Source: an uncultured virus (IMG/VR IMGVR_UViG_3300035395_000183) (Duplodnaviria; Heunggongvirae; Uroviricota; Caudoviricetes). Taken from it: DNA of 64,000 bases. Below the pieces are notes generated by a model that had not been told where the DNA came from, searched no databases, and saw nothing but the letters and a program-made list of their open reading frames with translations. The stretch is taken from IMG/VR virus record IMGVR_UViG_3300035395_000183. One strand, written 5' to 3'. This document shows, in pieces, positions 30,798-42,900 of the stretch. Position numbers and translations under genes: made by a program. Numbering within the stretch: position 1 is the first letter of the stretch; the number at the start of each line of letters is the position of its first letter.

Positions 30798-31844
30798 ATG
30801 GCAGAAATTAAAATAGTACCAGGTTCTATTCAGTTAATTAAAATGACTGATGCCGAGTACTTTAGTGCAAAATACAAAGATTATATATCCAACTCAAAAC
30901 TTGGAACTATAAATCCAGATGAAGATGGCTCGCCAGAAAAATATGCAGCAGGAATAAAAAGTGCCTATTCAGAATCATTTGAATTAGGTTCAGCAATTCA
31001 TGCTATGCTTTTACAACCTGACTCGTATCATATTGCAAAAATAAATAAACCAACAGGTAAGTTAGGTTTATGGGCAGAAGAAGTTTTTCAATTAAGACAA
31101 CAAGGGCTTCCAATTATTCAAGCCACCACATTAGCCTCTTATAACGTTGACTACTATGCCAATAAATTTTCTGCTGCTCGATTAAGAACAGCAATTAAAG
31201 GTTCTTTAAAATTCTTTCTTGAAAGAAGAAAATTTGAAGGAGAATTAGATAAACAAACTTTGTTCTTATCTGCACCAATGCAGTTTAAATTTGAACAATG
31301 TATGTTAGGAATAGCTTCAAATCCAAAAATTGATGAAACTTTATACCCTCAAGGTTTATTAGGTCCTATTGAGTATTTTAATGAGTATGCTATCTTATGT
31401 GAACTTGAATTTATTGATGAAGTTACGGGAGTAATTACAAAAGTAAAATTCAAAGCTAAATTAGATAATTTTACTCTTAATCATGAAACTTGTACATTTA
31501 CTTTAAATGATTTAAAAAGTTCAGGTAAACCTGTAGCTTATTTCATGGGTAATAATGTTAAAGTAACTAGAGAATCTGGCGAAACTGCTGTTGAATGGTG
31601 GGATGGTTCATTTCAGAAATATCATTACAATCGACAAATCGCAATATACCTTTGGTTGCTAAATGCAACTTTAAAAGAACTCTATGGATATGAGTATACA
31701 CCAAAAGCAAATATGGTAGTTATTGAAACTGTTCCAGAGTTTACAAGTAAGGTGTATCCAATTAGTAATAAACATATTCAATCTGGATTAGCTGAATTTA
31801 AAAAACTATTAACACTCGTTGTGGAATGGATGCAGTCAAAATAA
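30798..31844 (+). CDS. PD-(D/E)XK exonuclease (RecE/ExoVIII-like)
   Basis: ISNSKL, LGSAIHAMLLQP, KAKLD..NDLKS and YNRQIAIY motifs. Confidence 0.8.
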   Translation: MAEIKIVPGSIQLIKMTDAEYFSAKYKDYISNSKLGTINPDEDGSPEKYAAGIKSAYSESFELGSAIHAMLLQPDSYHIAKINKPTGKLGLWAEEVFQLRQQGLPIIQATTLASYNVDYYANKFSAARLRTAIKGSLKFFLERRKFEGELDKQTLFLSAPMQFKFEQCMLGIASNPKIDETLYPQGLLGPIEYFNEYAILCELEFIDEVTGVITKVKFKAKLDNFTLNHETCTFTLNDLKSSGKPVAYFMGNNVKVTRESGETAVEWWDGSFQKYHYNRQIAIYLWLLNATLKELYGYEYTPKANMVVIETVPEFTSKVYPISNKHIQSGLAEFKKLLTLVVEWMQSK

Positions 31845-32196
31845 TGGATTTAGCAAATCAAATTAATAAACTAAGCTATGAAGAAAAACAAGACATATAT
31901 CAAAGGGTTTTTTCGTTAGGTAGTTTAACTTCAGACGAGATGAATGATAGATTAATTCTTATCTCTTTAGTAGCTTTAGTTTATCAAAAAATGAAATTAC
32001 AAGATAAAAATGTGACACCAATAACAGTACTTTTAAAAATAACTGGTGAGAAAGATAAAAACTCAAGTTATTATCAGTTCTTAGAAACATTGGCTATTAT
32101 AGCACAAGATTTTTCTTATGATGTCAAAAAAATCGATACTTGTGGATTTAAAACTTCTCAAGAAATTATTAATAAAATAAAAGACCTTTTAAATAC

Positions 32197-33108
32197 ATGG
32201 ATACCGTTTTAAATGATATAAATGATACTTATCCGGAAGAACTACTTGATGATAGTTATATATTATCATTATGGGTTAAAGAGAAAAGTGTAGTAAGACC
32301 ATCTGGAGAGATTAAAGTTTCTGCTACATTAGAACCTGGTGTTTATACCGTAGAATTTGACCGCGATTTAGGCATATTTTGCCAAAAAATGACAACTCCT
32401 TCAGATGAATTGTTTGTATTTAGTGACTCCGTAGCTGAATCAGTTTTACGCGAAATTGATTTATTTTGGGATAAACGCGAATTATACAAGCAGAATAAAC
32501 TTATGCATAAAAGAGGAATCTTGTTAGAAGGATTTCCTGGAACAGGAAAGACTGCTTTGATTACTCAAATATCTAATAAGATTATTGAAAAAGGAGGTGT
32601 CGTATTTAAGGTGTCAGGCTTTAATAATTTGAATCATTATGTAACGTTTATTCGTACAGCATTCAGAAAGATACAGCCGGAAACACCTATTATTACAATT
32701 TTAGAAGATATTAACCAATATGCTCAAGTTGAGTCAGAATTACTAGATTTTCAAGATGGTAAAACTCATATTGATCACCATATTATTATTGCTACTTCTA
32801 ACAACACCGACGAAATTCCGGATTCATTTTTACGACCAAGTAGAATTGATTTACGAATAGAAGTTGGATATCCAACTGCACGGACTCGCAGAGAATATTT
32901 TCAATTTAAAAACGTTCCTGAAGATCAAATTGAACAATTAGTTCTTCAAACTGAGGAATGTTCTTTAGCCGATTTAAAAGAGGTTTACATTTGTGTTTTT
33001 CTTTTAAATTACACTTTAAGTGATGCTCTGGCTAAAATTCTTAAACCAAGAGATAGGAGGGACTATTCTCATAAAGCTCGTAGAGGTCCGAAAATTGGTT
33101 TATCATAA
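32197..33108 (+). CDS. AAA+ ATPase
   Basis: KRGILLEGFPGTGKT, ILEDI, ATSN and RPSRID motifs. Confidence 0.9.
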   Translation: MDTVLNDINDTYPEELLDDSYILSLWVKEKSVVRPSGEIKVSATLEPGVYTVEFDRDLGIFCQKMTTPSDELFVFSDSVAESVLREIDLFWDKRELYKQNKLMHKRGILLEGFPGTGKTALITQISNKIIEKGGVVFKVSGFNNLNHYVTFIRTAFRKIQPETPIITILEDINQYAQVESELLDFQDGKTHIDHHIIIATSNNTDEIPDSFLRPSRIDLRIEVGYPTARTRREYFQFKNVPEDQIEQLVLQTEECSLADLKEVYICVFLLNYTLSDALAKILKPRDRRDYSHKARRGPKIGLS

Positions 33109-33145
33109 AAATACAAAGGAGTGCTTTTTTTCAAAAAAATAGCAG

Positions 33146-33153
33146 TACCTTTG
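33146..33153 (+). promoter_or_regulatory. Bacteroidota-type -7 promoter element
   Basis: TACCTTTG upstream of the ORF at 33221. Confidence 0.55.
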
Positions 33154-33220
33154 TGGAACAAATCAGATGAAATATACGCATAGATGAGAAATATTAAAAT
33201 TTTTAAATGAAGAATGCATT

Positions 33221-33925
33221 ATGAAAAGTGTAGAAGCACAAGGTTACAGTAAAGAAAAAGCGTTAGAAACAACAGGTTTAGACGTAGAATTAGACAGATT
33301 GAAAAACGCTACATTGGCGTGGAAAAAAGCAGGCTCGCCCGTAGGTACTAAAGCCATTAATACTTTTATGGAAAAGTACATTAAAGAAAAGAAAGCCGTT
33401 GGAGCATATGTAGTTATCGAAGCTGCAGCAGACGACACACGCTTACGTCCTTACAATGTAATCAATGAAACTACAATTGGAAAACGTAAATCAACCACAA
33501 CTTATCAGATTAAAGAAGCTGAATTGGTAGTTAAATTCCACACAGAAACAAAAACTGTTGTTGATAAAGAAACTGGCGAAGAAAAGGTAGTTGAATTCCA
33601 AAGTCCTTACAAAAAAGAAGTTATCGAAGTTGAAGTAGATGTTCTTGATGAAGAAGGCGTAAAAACAGGGGAAAAAGTTACTAAATTTAAAGAAGTAGAA
33701 ATTCCTCAAGTAAAAGTACTTTCAAAAGGAGCTGTTGAAGCTACCGCTGAAAAGAAAGATCAAGCTCTTAAACTTATGAAAGACTTGATTGAAGCAAACA
33801 AAAAAGATTACGTTATTGAAATCGTAAAAGAAATCACTGATGGACAGAAATATGCTGGCTACGGTCAATATACTCCTTCCAAATCAGCTAAACTTGGAAA
33901 ATTTATTTTCTTCGTTCAGGAGTAA
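33221..33925 (+). CDS. hypothetical Lys/Glu-rich protein, apparently monocistronic
   Basis: 234-aa ORF flanked by a promoter element and a terminator. Confidence 0.75.
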   Translation: MKSVEAQGYSKEKALETTGLDVELDRLKNATLAWKKAGSPVGTKAINTFMEKYIKEKKAVGAYVVIEAAADDTRLRPYNVINETTIGKRKSTTTYQIKEAELVVKFHTETKTVVDKETGEEKVVEFQSPYKKEVIEVEVDVLDEEGVKTGEKVTKFKEVEIPQVKVLSKGAVEATAEKKDQALKLMKDLIEANKKDYVIEIVKEITDGQKYAGYGQYTPSKSAKLGKFIFFVQE

Positions 33926-34005
33926 TCCTTTAAGTAAGTGGCGGCCACTAATACGCCTGCTTTACAGAATCTTTTAGTCGTCAATCGCAGGACGTTAAAC
34001 TAAAT

Positions 34006-34040
34006 AAAAAGGCTGCTGAAGAAATTCAGTAGCCTTTTTT
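34006..34040 (+). terminator. intrinsic terminator
   Basis: AAAAAGGCTGCTGAA-GAAA-TTCAGTAGCCTTTTT. Confidence 0.8.
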
Positions 34041-34091
34041 CTTTTTTAATTAACAATTACTAACAGCGTAACAGCTTATAAAATTTATTGA

Positions 34092-35660
34092 ATGGAAGAT
34101 AATTCAAAACTTGAACTAGAAGATATTATACAACCCAATTTATCAAAGACAGACAAAGATTATCTTAAGAAAATATGTACAAGTACTCATTTTAGTTTAA
34201 CAACTAAGATGGATATTTTAACTGCTTATTTTTCTAAGACCGAGGAAGAGATAAATACATTGATTAATCAGTTTGATTATTCGTTAACAGAATCAGATTT
34301 TTCAGCAGCGAAATCTCATAAACTAAAAGATAGTAAAAGATATATTATATCCAGTGCTCAAAATGCAAGTCCAGTTAATCTTAAATTCTTAAAGAATATT
34401 GAAGCCTACGCAGATTTTATTAATGCTGAAATCGGAATTATTGCAACACGCTATAAAAACCCCACATCTCAGTTCAAAGATGAAGATGTTTGGGCTTCGG
34501 AAGTGCAACCTTATTTAACTGCAAATCGTCAGTTTTTGCACAAAGATTTATTACTTTTATCTGATTTAAAAGTACAAGCAACTTCTCCAAATCCGACTAA
34601 TGGAATTGAATTATTTGGAGATAATGCTTCAGTAATAGTTGGAGCTCCTCGTATCGAAATGAGAACAGTTCCGGTATTACCAACACAAAAACAAAAGTTT
34701 CTTTATTCAACAGGTACTACTACTATTCCTAATTTTACTGATTCCGTTGCAGGTGGTAAAGCAGAAGCACATCATTCATATGGTTTCGTAATAGTAGAAA
34801 TAGAAAGTGAAGAAGTAGTTCACATGAGAAGTGTATCTGCTGATTCAGAAGGTAATTTTAACGATTTAATTTATCGCGTTGAAGATGGTAAACTTTCACA
34901 TGAAGTTGTTGATTGTATGGTTTGGGGAGATAGTCATTTTGCTCAAAAAGATGATGATGTTACTAATGCGTTTAGAGGTATTTGTGGAGCATTGGGTGTA
35001 ACAACTAGTGTTTTACATGATGTATTTGATTCAAAATCTTTAAATGTACACAATGAAAAAGATTTTATTACAAAACACATGCTCTGGAAAACTGGAGGAG
35101 ATGATTTACAACAAGAACTTGATCAAATGTATACTGAATTAGATTGGTTTGACGAAAATATGCAGAAAACTATTGTTGTTTCTTCTAATCATGATGATAT
35201 GCTTGATAGAGCAATGAAACAAGGAGATTGGAGAAATAATCTTAAAAATGCCGAATTGTTTTTGGATATGTTAAAATTAACATTATCATTAAAAGCAGAA
35301 AATGGTATCATTCCTTACTATATTAACGAGAGATATAATCATGTTCATGCCTTAGGCACAGATGATTCATATGTATTACATGGAGTAGAAGTAGGAATGC
35401 ATGGACATAAAGGTCCAAATGGTTCAAAAGGAAATATACAATCTTTCTCTAGATTATCACAGAAAACAATTATTGGACATTCTCATTCTCCGGCTATACG
35501 TTGGGGTTGTTATCAGGTAGGACTTACCTGTGGAATGGAACATGGTTATAATACAGGATTAACAAGTTGGGCTTATGCTTCTTGTACTTTGAATAAACAT
35601 GGAAAACGTCAAATGATTATACTAAACAAAGACACATTAACTTACACAACACTTTATTAA
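34092..35660 (+). CDS. metallophosphoesterase-fold protein resembling T5 A1 nuclease
   Basis: RYIISSAQN..; WGDSH, LHDVFD, SNHDD, MHGH and GHSHSP motifs. Confidence 0.7.
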   Translation: MEDNSKLELEDIIQPNLSKTDKDYLKKICTSTHFSLTTKMDILTAYFSKTEEEINTLINQFDYSLTESDFSAAKSHKLKDSKRYIISSAQNASPVNLKFLKNIEAYADFINAEIGIIATRYKNPTSQFKDEDVWASEVQPYLTANRQFLHKDLLLLSDLKVQATSPNPTNGIELFGDNASVIVGAPRIEMRTVPVLPTQKQKFLYSTGTTTIPNFTDSVAGGKAEAHHSYGFVIVEIESEEVVHMRSVSADSEGNFNDLIYRVEDGKLSHEVVDCMVWGDSHFAQKDDDVTNAFRGICGALGVTTSVLHDVFDSKSLNVHNEKDFITKHMLWKTGGDDLQQELDQMYTELDWFDENMQKTIVVSSNHDDMLDRAMKQGDWRNNLKNAELFLDMLKLTLSLKAENGIIPYYINERYNHVHALGTDDSYVLHGVEVGMHGHKGPNGSKGNIQSFSRLSQKTIIGHSHSPAIRWGCYQVGLTCGMEHGYNTGLTSWAYASCTLNKHGKRQMIILNKDTLTYTTLY

Positions 35661-35661
35661 A

Positions 35662-36693
35662 ATGAAAGTACAAATAGAAAATGATTATTCTGTTTTAACA
35701 ACAAAAATTGAACAAAGAACTTACCGTGACTCTTTAGAGACAATTTTAGATTATTTTAAAGAAAATATAGATGGTGAAACATTTAGTTCAGAATCAAATT
35801 TACTTGAGTGTTTTACTGATTATGTTCGAGATTCTTTTGAATTACCTGATTTAAAACACGATGAAGAATTTGAAGATTATTCTATTGATTTACGAATATT
35901 GAATTGGAATGAAATTTTTCCTGAACTAACTTATTTAATAGTTCCCGAAGAAGAAAAATCTTGTTGTTCCTCTTTTAGTCAATATTATGGTTATAAATAT
36001 TGTCCAACTTGTGGAGAAAGATTGTAATATGGAAAACTATCTTTTAATTAAGGCAGATTATAATGATGGTGATTACGATTTGTGTATGACCAGCATTACT
36101 GATAATGAAATTGAACTTATTCGACCTATAGTAGCCGCCATTAAAGCAAATAATGGCCATTACTATAATCGAGAATTTGCAGATTCATCTTGTAGTGCAA
36201 AGATATCATATGGACATTTTGAAGGATTTGAATTTTTCGATGAATGTACTCCGCTTGGAGAATCAGAATGTCCTGGAATTCATACAATTAAATCTGTACA
36301 GATAATAACTATTTTAGAACAATTATTATAATGGAAAAAACTTATCACGTATTAAAAGTATACGATTATAAAGGTGGAGAATTAGGTACTAATCTTAATT
36401 TATCCTATGAAGATCTGATTGAAGATTTAGTTGAAACTCTTCACCTTTATGATTATGCGTATGATCAAGATTATGATTCTGACGAAGATCGTAATGCAAG
36501 AGAACCTCAGATTTTAAGAGATGGATTAGCATCAGGAGCATTACAATCTTGGATTGATGAACATAGTTCAATTTATGCAGGAGGAGATATTTGTATGTCT
36601 TTATATGAATGTGAAAATAACATTATGTCAGAAATTGATGTAACAGATGAAATGCTTATAGAAGCGGTTGAATTGTATTTAGCAAGATTATAA
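35662..36693 (+). CDS. three acidic hypothetical proteins
   Basis: Coupled ORFs; the first ends in a YCPTCG zinc ribbon. Confidence 0.6.
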
Positions 36694-37454
36694 TGGATCA
36701 ATTAACAATACAAGAATTATTTAAAGGAAAAAGTACCTTAATTAAAAATAAGGAGTTTTTCCCTACTAAAACATATGTAGAACCTTTCATTGAAAGGATG
36801 TCTGCATTTACTCAAGATTTTAGGATTCAGGTGAAATTACCTGATCAAATGACTTTTAATAAAGATGCTCAAGATACAACTTTTAATCGAGTTTTAATTC
36901 AAGCAGTTTTACCGCAAAAGTATACAATAGATAATCACGAAGAAGTAATAGGATTTCTTTATGGCATTGATGTAAAGAAACCAGTAGTTAAAATCTACAG
37001 AGGTTATCTTAATTCAGCATGTACTAATCTATGTGTATTTAATCCATCGTGGTTAAATGTACAGGACCTACTTCCTGGAGACCCCATTGATTTTAAACCA
37101 ATTCAATCATTAATGGAATACACTAATGATTTTGCAGTTGGTTTAGAAAAACTAAAATCTACCTATATAGATAGAAATTTACGCACTCAATATCTAGGTG
37201 AATGGGTAGATTACGCATTAAGAGAATCACAAGACTATGGATTTGGTAAAGTAAAGATTGCAGTTAGTACTCCAGTTGATGCTTATAAACAATTATTTAT
37301 AGATTCTGAAAGTGATTACTATATTCCTGAAGGTATTGATCCTTCAATGTATGATGTTTATAATAGCTTTACTCAAATCGTTACTGATGATAAGAAAGAT
37401 ATTATGAATAAATTCGAGAAGACCATGATTATTAATCGTTTATTGAAAGTATAA
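36693..37454 (+). CDS. DUF932-like conserved phage protein
   Basis: G..N.ACTNLCVF and S.YDVYN.FT patterns. Confidence 0.5.
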   Translation: MDQLTIQELFKGKSTLIKNKEFFPTKTYVEPFIERMSAFTQDFRIQVKLPDQMTFNKDAQDTTFNRVLIQAVLPQKYTIDNHEEVIGFLYGIDVKKPVVKIYRGYLNSACTNLCVFNPSWLNVQDLLPGDPIDFKPIQSLMEYTNDFAVGLEKLKSTYIDRNLRTQYLGEWVDYALRESQDYGFGKVKIAVSTPVDAYKQLFIDSESDYYIPEGIDPSMYDVYNSFTQIVTDDKKDIMNKFEKTMIINRLLKV

Positions 37455-39629
37455 TGATAACTTGGAAAGATTTAGAAGTGTTTATGTCAGATATGACTGA
37501 ACAACAAAAAGAACAAAGAGTTGTTCTTATTGATTATGTGACTGGTTTAATAACTAACATTGATGCAGTTGTATTAGTAGAAGAAACAGTTCATTATAGT
37601 TGGGAAGGATTAACAGAAGAATCAGAAACAGAGAATTTTTCTGAAGAAGAACTTGGGAAATTTATTCTTTCAATAGATGATTCTGTTTATGAAGGTGAAA
37701 TGGCTTTAATTGTACAATAATGGAAAGAGAAACAATTGATTTATCTAATATTGAAGATCTTCATAGTACCTGTTGGGGAGAAAGTATTTGTGATAATGAT
37801 TCTGATATAATTATCTATGAATTTGTAGATAGTCGAATTATAGATGTAGATTTAGAAAAATGTTATAAAACTATGGAAATAGTTGTACAGCGAGTTTCTG
37901 ATAAAAAATATTTTAAATTTGAGTATGATTATTCATACCATTGGCAATCCGATGAAGTAATAGCAGAAGAAGTATTCCCTAAAGAAGTAACCATAACAAT
38001 TTATGAATAAAGAAATTTTAATAAGAAGGTTTGATCAACCTACTGATATTTATATCTGCGGGTGTGATTTTCGAGATGAAACTCAAACATTTGCGATTAC
38101 AGATGATGAGGCTCCATTAAACATTAGTGATGGACTTAACAATAATGTAATAGATACATCAGGTTTTGTATTTATTTTAACAGTAGCAGAGTTAAAAGAA
38201 TTAGCTCCTAAAATGGATGATCCGTTTGGAACAATTCAGTTTGTTGAAAATTATAAAGGTGATATTAAATTAGTAATTCCTGAGGATTGTGATTTTGAAT
38301 TTGAACCAGATTTTGATCCACTTGAATATTTTATGTATCAAGTTACTGAATCTGATAGCGGTGAATGGGATAGTAATGAAATTTATCTTCGATTAGATCC
38401 TCATCCTTATAATAGTTATCTTCGTTATAATCAACCTTTTGAAGCTAAAATAATACAAAATTTATTATATAAACATGAGTAAAAAATTTGCAGTAGGTTA
38501 TATGGATTTTTTTAATAACGATTTAGTTATTGAAATTATTAATGCAGAAAATTGGAAAGATGCCTTATTTAAACATTCTAAATTATGTCGAGAAACGGAT
38601 GAAACTGATGAAATATATCAGTCTTATTTTGGAAATACATTGGCAGATGCTAAAATATATGCATTTAATTGTGATATGATGATAGATGTAATTGAAATCT
38701 ATGAAGACGAGATTTAAATTTATTAGTAAAGAATTTTATTGGGGACATGAAGAGTTATTAGAAGATTTTACTCTTGTAGATAATCCTTTGCCTTATCAAA
38801 ATTTACCTGATGGAGAATATATGATACGAGGTTCATCAAAAGGACATCGTAAAGAATATTGGAAGCATGAAGACTGTTGGTATCTAGTTTCAGATGTTAA
38901 AGAAGATAATGGACATTATTATTGTGATTCGCGTACTTATATGTTGTTTCCAATGTTGTCTGAACGAGAATGGAGTAATATTGAAAAAGTCGGATGGAAA
39001 CGACTTAATAAAGTTTGGCAGCGACATTTAATGGGTTATCAACATTGGAAAGATATGCATCGAATGATACTTGGTATTAAACTCGACTCATATAAATTTA
39101 ATAAGCGATTTAATGAAGATTCTTAAAGTTATTTATGATGAAAATACAAAATATATTCTAGATATAGTTAATAGTATAACAACTAAATTATATATAGAAT
39201 CATATGATGCAGAACATTATAAAGAAAAGAAAAAAGCAATTCCTATATTGACAAGACATGGTACAACAAATGTACCACTTCTTGTCTTTGAGGATGAAAA
39301 TTTGGACGAATATGCAGCTATCTGGAGTGAATCAAACCCAGATTGGTTAGCAGAAATTAATAAGATATTAAATGAGTAATTTTATTGAAATTACAGATGA
39401 TCAAATTCAAAAATTAACAACTAATCGTCTTTTAAATATTTTTAGAAAAAATAGAAAGTATCTTTTTCATGAATTAAATAATCATGGCTTTGATACTTCT
39501 GATAATGGAAATAACATTAATTGGAATATGGTTAATGATGAATTGTATCATCATAAAGAGTATAATGGTATTTCTTATTTGAATGATAAAATTAAGGAAG
39601 AACTAAATAAAAGAAAATTAAATGAGTAA
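37454..39629 (+). CDS. seven small hypothetical proteins
   Basis: Coupled ORFs; ~39113-39379 may be a Cys-less thioredoxin-like fold (NVPLLVF). Confidence 0.55.
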
Positions 39630-42198
39630 AGAAGAACAATATTTTGCAGGAGATGAATTAGCTTATGATGCTTGGAAATCTAAGTACCAACTTGGTTCTG
39701 AAACTCTTGATGAGTTTTTTGAAAGAATTGCTCGTGAGTTTGCAAGATTAGATAATTTTAAAAATGCAATTGATTCCATTTCTGAAGAACAATACAATGA
39801 TCTTTCAGATTATGGAAAATTACGAATTGGAACTGATAGGTATCGAAGATTTCTTGATTTATTTCAAGATTTTAAATATATAATTCCTGGAGGTTCAGTT
39901 CTTGCTGGAATAGGCAGTGGAAAACCGGTTTCTTTATCGAATTGTTTTGTAATACCAACAGGTGATTCGATAGGTGAAATTTTTGATACTGCAAGAGAAA
40001 TGGCAGAAATTTACAAACGTCGTGGTGGAGTAGGAGATGATTTATCATCTATCCGTCCTGCAGGAGCTGATGTAAATAATGCTGCAAAAACAACTGGCGG
40101 AGTAGTTCCTTTTATGGAATTATTTAGTCAAACAACTAATACCATTGGTCAAGATGGTAGACGTGGTGCTTTAATGTTAAGTTTAGATATTAGACATCCA
40201 GACAGTCCTAGTTTTATTGAAATTAAACAAAATCTTACAAAAGTAACAGGAGCCAATGTATCAGTTCGATTAAATAACGAATTTATGCAAGCTGTTAAAG
40301 AAGACACTGATTATATATTAAGATGGCCTTGTGATCACTCATCTAAATGGTTTCTTGATAGTACTATAACATCTTTAAATTATAATGAGTTAATAGAACT
40401 TAATAATGATTTAGATACTTATAAAGTATATGTTAAAAAGATTAAAGCAAAAGAATTATGGGAAACTATAATTCATTGTGCTTGGAATACTGCTGAACCA
40501 GGTATATTATTTTGGGATAACATTATTAATAATGATCCTGCAAGTGTATATCCGGAATTTAGAGCAATCTCAACAAATCCTTGTGGTGAGATACCATTAT
40601 CAGCTTATGATAGTTGTAGATTAATTGCTACTAATTTATATGGAATTGTTGATAATCCATTTACAGACAATGCTCAAATTAATGAAGATAAAGCATATAA
40701 AATCTTTTATGAAGCTCAAATTATTGGTGATATTCTTGTTGATTTGGAAATTGAAGCGGTTAAAAATATTATGTCTATTACTAAAGGAAAAGAGCGAGAC
40801 TTATGGTTTAATATTTTAAACATTGGACAAATAGGTCGTCGAACTGGTGTTGGTATAACTGCACTTGCAGACATGTTAGCAGCATTAGGTTCTAATTTTG
40901 TAAATCCTGAATTAGTAGAAAAAGTTATGCATTTAAAAATGCGTGCTGAACTTGATGCAACAATTGATTTAGCAATTATTAATGGACCATTCCCTGCTTA
41001 TAATGTAGATAATGAATGGATTAACGCTAATGAAACTGATCCAGGTATTGCAATTGCACAAAATGAATTTTATCATCAACTAAGACAAAATTTTCCTTTA
41101 CAATGTAAACGAATGCTTAAATGGGGACGTCGTAATATTTCTTGGAGTACTATTGCGCCAACAGGTACAATTAGTATTCAAGCAGGAGTATCATCCGGTG
41201 GCGAAACTACATTTAGTATTTATTATGTTCGTAGAAAAAAATGTAATACAGGAGAAACTCCCGATTTCATAGATCAAAATGGAGTTGGATTTAAGAATTA
41301 TAATGTAGTTCATGGAACATTTAAGAAGTGGTTAAATATATTCTGTAATCTTACTAATGAAATGATTGAAGATTTATCTACAGAAAAATTAGATGAATTA
41401 ATTTTAAATTCTCCTTGGCATAATAATACTGCTCCAGATATTTTACCTTTTGATAGAGTTAAAATACAAGCTACATTACAAAAATATACTACTCATTCAA
41501 TTAGTTCTACTATAAATCTTCCTAAAGAAGCAACTGAAGAAGATATTGCTACTATTTATATGGAGGCGTCTAAACAAGGTTGTAAAGGAATTACTGTTTA
41601 TCGTGATGGTAGTCGTACTGGAATTCTTGTTAAACATGAAGAAACTCCAAAATTTGATAATATACGTCCTGAAAAATTAGACTGTAAAGTTCTAAGATTT
41701 AAGAATGAGGATAAAAAGAATTGGATTTCATTTGTTGGTATTTATAATAACAAAGCGTATGAAATTTTTACTGGTATTAATGATTTAGATGAATTACCAA
41801 TTCCATCTTATATTGAAGAAGGAATGATTGTAAAAGTAATTTTACCAGAAGGTTCGCGATATGATTTTTCATATGTGGATAAATATGGTTATGTTAATAC
41901 AGTCGGAGGTTTAAATCGAGTATTTAATAAAGAGTATTGGAATTATGCAAGATTTGTATCGGCATTGTTAAGACAAGAAACTCCAATTGAACAAGTAATC
42001 AAAGTAGTAGATGGTTTAACATTTACTAATAAAGGCATGAATAGTTTTCAAGCAGGACTTATTCGTTCTATGAAAGCTTTTATTCCTAACGGAACGGCTG
42101 CTTTAGGTGCAGTGTGTGAAAATTGTGGCAGTCATAATATTATTTATGAAGGCGGGTGTATGATTTGTAGAGATTGTGGGAGCTCACATTGTGGATAA
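39622..42198 (+). CDS. nrdJ: class II (adenosylcobalamin-dependent) ribonucleotide reductase
   Basis: PGGSVL, LSNCFV, RRGGVG, GRRGALM, TNPCGE, TIAPTGT, SISSTINLP and GITVYRDGSR motifs; C-terminal zinc ribbon; no small subunit nearby. Confidence 0.9.
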   Translation: MSKEEQYFAGDELAYDAWKSKYQLGSETLDEFFERIAREFARLDNFKNAIDSISEEQYNDLSDYGKLRIGTDRYRRFLDLFQDFKYIIPGGSVLAGIGSGKPVSLSNCFVIPTGDSIGEIFDTAREMAEIYKRRGGVGDDLSSIRPAGADVNNAAKTTGGVVPFMELFSQTTNTIGQDGRRGALMLSLDIRHPDSPSFIEIKQNLTKVTGANVSVRLNNEFMQAVKEDTDYILRWPCDHSSKWFLDSTITSLNYNELIELNNDLDTYKVYVKKIKAKELWETIIHCAWNTAEPGILFWDNIINNDPASVYPEFRAISTNPCGEIPLSAYDSCRLIATNLYGIVDNPFTDNAQINEDKAYKIFYEAQIIGDILVDLEIEAVKNIMSITKGKERDLWFNILNIGQIGRRTGVGITALADMLAALGSNFVNPELVEKVMHLKMRAELDATIDLAIINGPFPAYNVDNEWINANETDPGIAIAQNEFYHQLRQNFPLQCKRMLKWGRRNISWSTIAPTGTISIQAGVSSGGETTFSIYYVRRKKCNTGETPDFIDQNGVGFKNYNVVHGTFKKWLNIFCNLTNEMIEDLSTEKLDELILNSPWHNNTAPDILPFDRVKIQATLQKYTTHSISSTINLPKEATEEDIATIYMEASKQGCKGITVYRDGSRTGILVKHEETPKFDNIRPEKLDCKVLRFKNEDKKNWISFVGIYNNKAYEIFTGINDLDELPIPSYIEEGMIVKVILPEGSRYDFSYVDKYGYVNTVGGLNRVFNKEYWNYARFVSALLRQETPIEQVIKVVDGLTFTNKGMNSFQAGLIRSMKAFIPNGTAALGAVCENCGSHNIIYEGGCMICRDCGSSHCG

Positions 42199-42402
42199 TG
42201 TTCTCGATATTTTAGACAATGAATTAAGAGATGCTTTTATGTTTGGAAACAAATCGTTTATTGTAATGAATGCAGCAACTTCATATGCTATAATAAATGA
42301 AACTGCTCCTAATATTTTTAACAGCACTACTTTAGCACGATATGAAAACATGGAAGTTTTGATATCAGAATCTTTACAAGATAATGAATTTAGAATTGGA
42401 TA

Positions 42403-42900
42403 ATGGCAGAACGATTAGAAAGTGATTTTTATCCTACTCCATTATATAGTTTAAAACCGTTACTAGACCGAGTAGATTTTACTAATGTTAACTCATTTTT
42501 AGAACCTTGTAGAGGAGATAGTAGGATTATTGATTTAATTCCCTGTAAAACAAAATATTGGGCTGAAATAAGAGATGGAATAGATTATTTAACTACTTCA
42601 TTTCCTGCAATAGATTTAATTATTACTAATCCTCCATTTTCTATATCTTTAGAATTTATTCAGAAAAGTTTAACAGAAGCTAAAACTATTTGTTACCTGC
42701 AAAGATTAAACTGGTTAGGTAGTCAGAAAAGAAAAGATTTTTGGAATGATAATATCCCTGATAAATTATTTATCCTATCAAAAAGACCCCAATTTAAAAA
42801 AGAATTAGGTTTGGGAGGAGGAACTGATAGTACAGAATATGCTTGGTTTATTTGGGATAAATTAGGTATTATAAAAGGTAAACATTTAGAAATATTTTAA
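42403..42900 (+). CDS. amino (N6-A/N4-C) DNA methyltransferase
   Basis: DFYPTP, LEPCRG, ITNPPF and TDSTEYAWFIW motifs. Confidence 0.85.
   Translation: MAERLESDFYPTPLYSLKPLLDRVDFTNVNSFLEPCRGDSRIIDLIPCKTKYWAEIRDGIDYLTTSFPAIDLIITNPPFSISLEFIQKSLTEAKTICYLQRLNWLGSQKRKDFWNDNIPDKLFILSKRPQFKKELGLGGGTDSTEYAWFIWDKLGIIKGKHLEIF

Noticed and set aside
22760..34080. Shared TAACAAT..CGTAAC..ACAGCT motif at ~22772 and ~34050 as a phage promoter
   Set aside because: Only two loose copies with different spacing in AT-rich DNA; not supportable without motif statistics.
18621..42198. Inteins or introns in PolA, DnaB or NrdJ
   Set aside because: The ORFs are continuous, of ordinary length, and show no intein-like insert that I could recognise.
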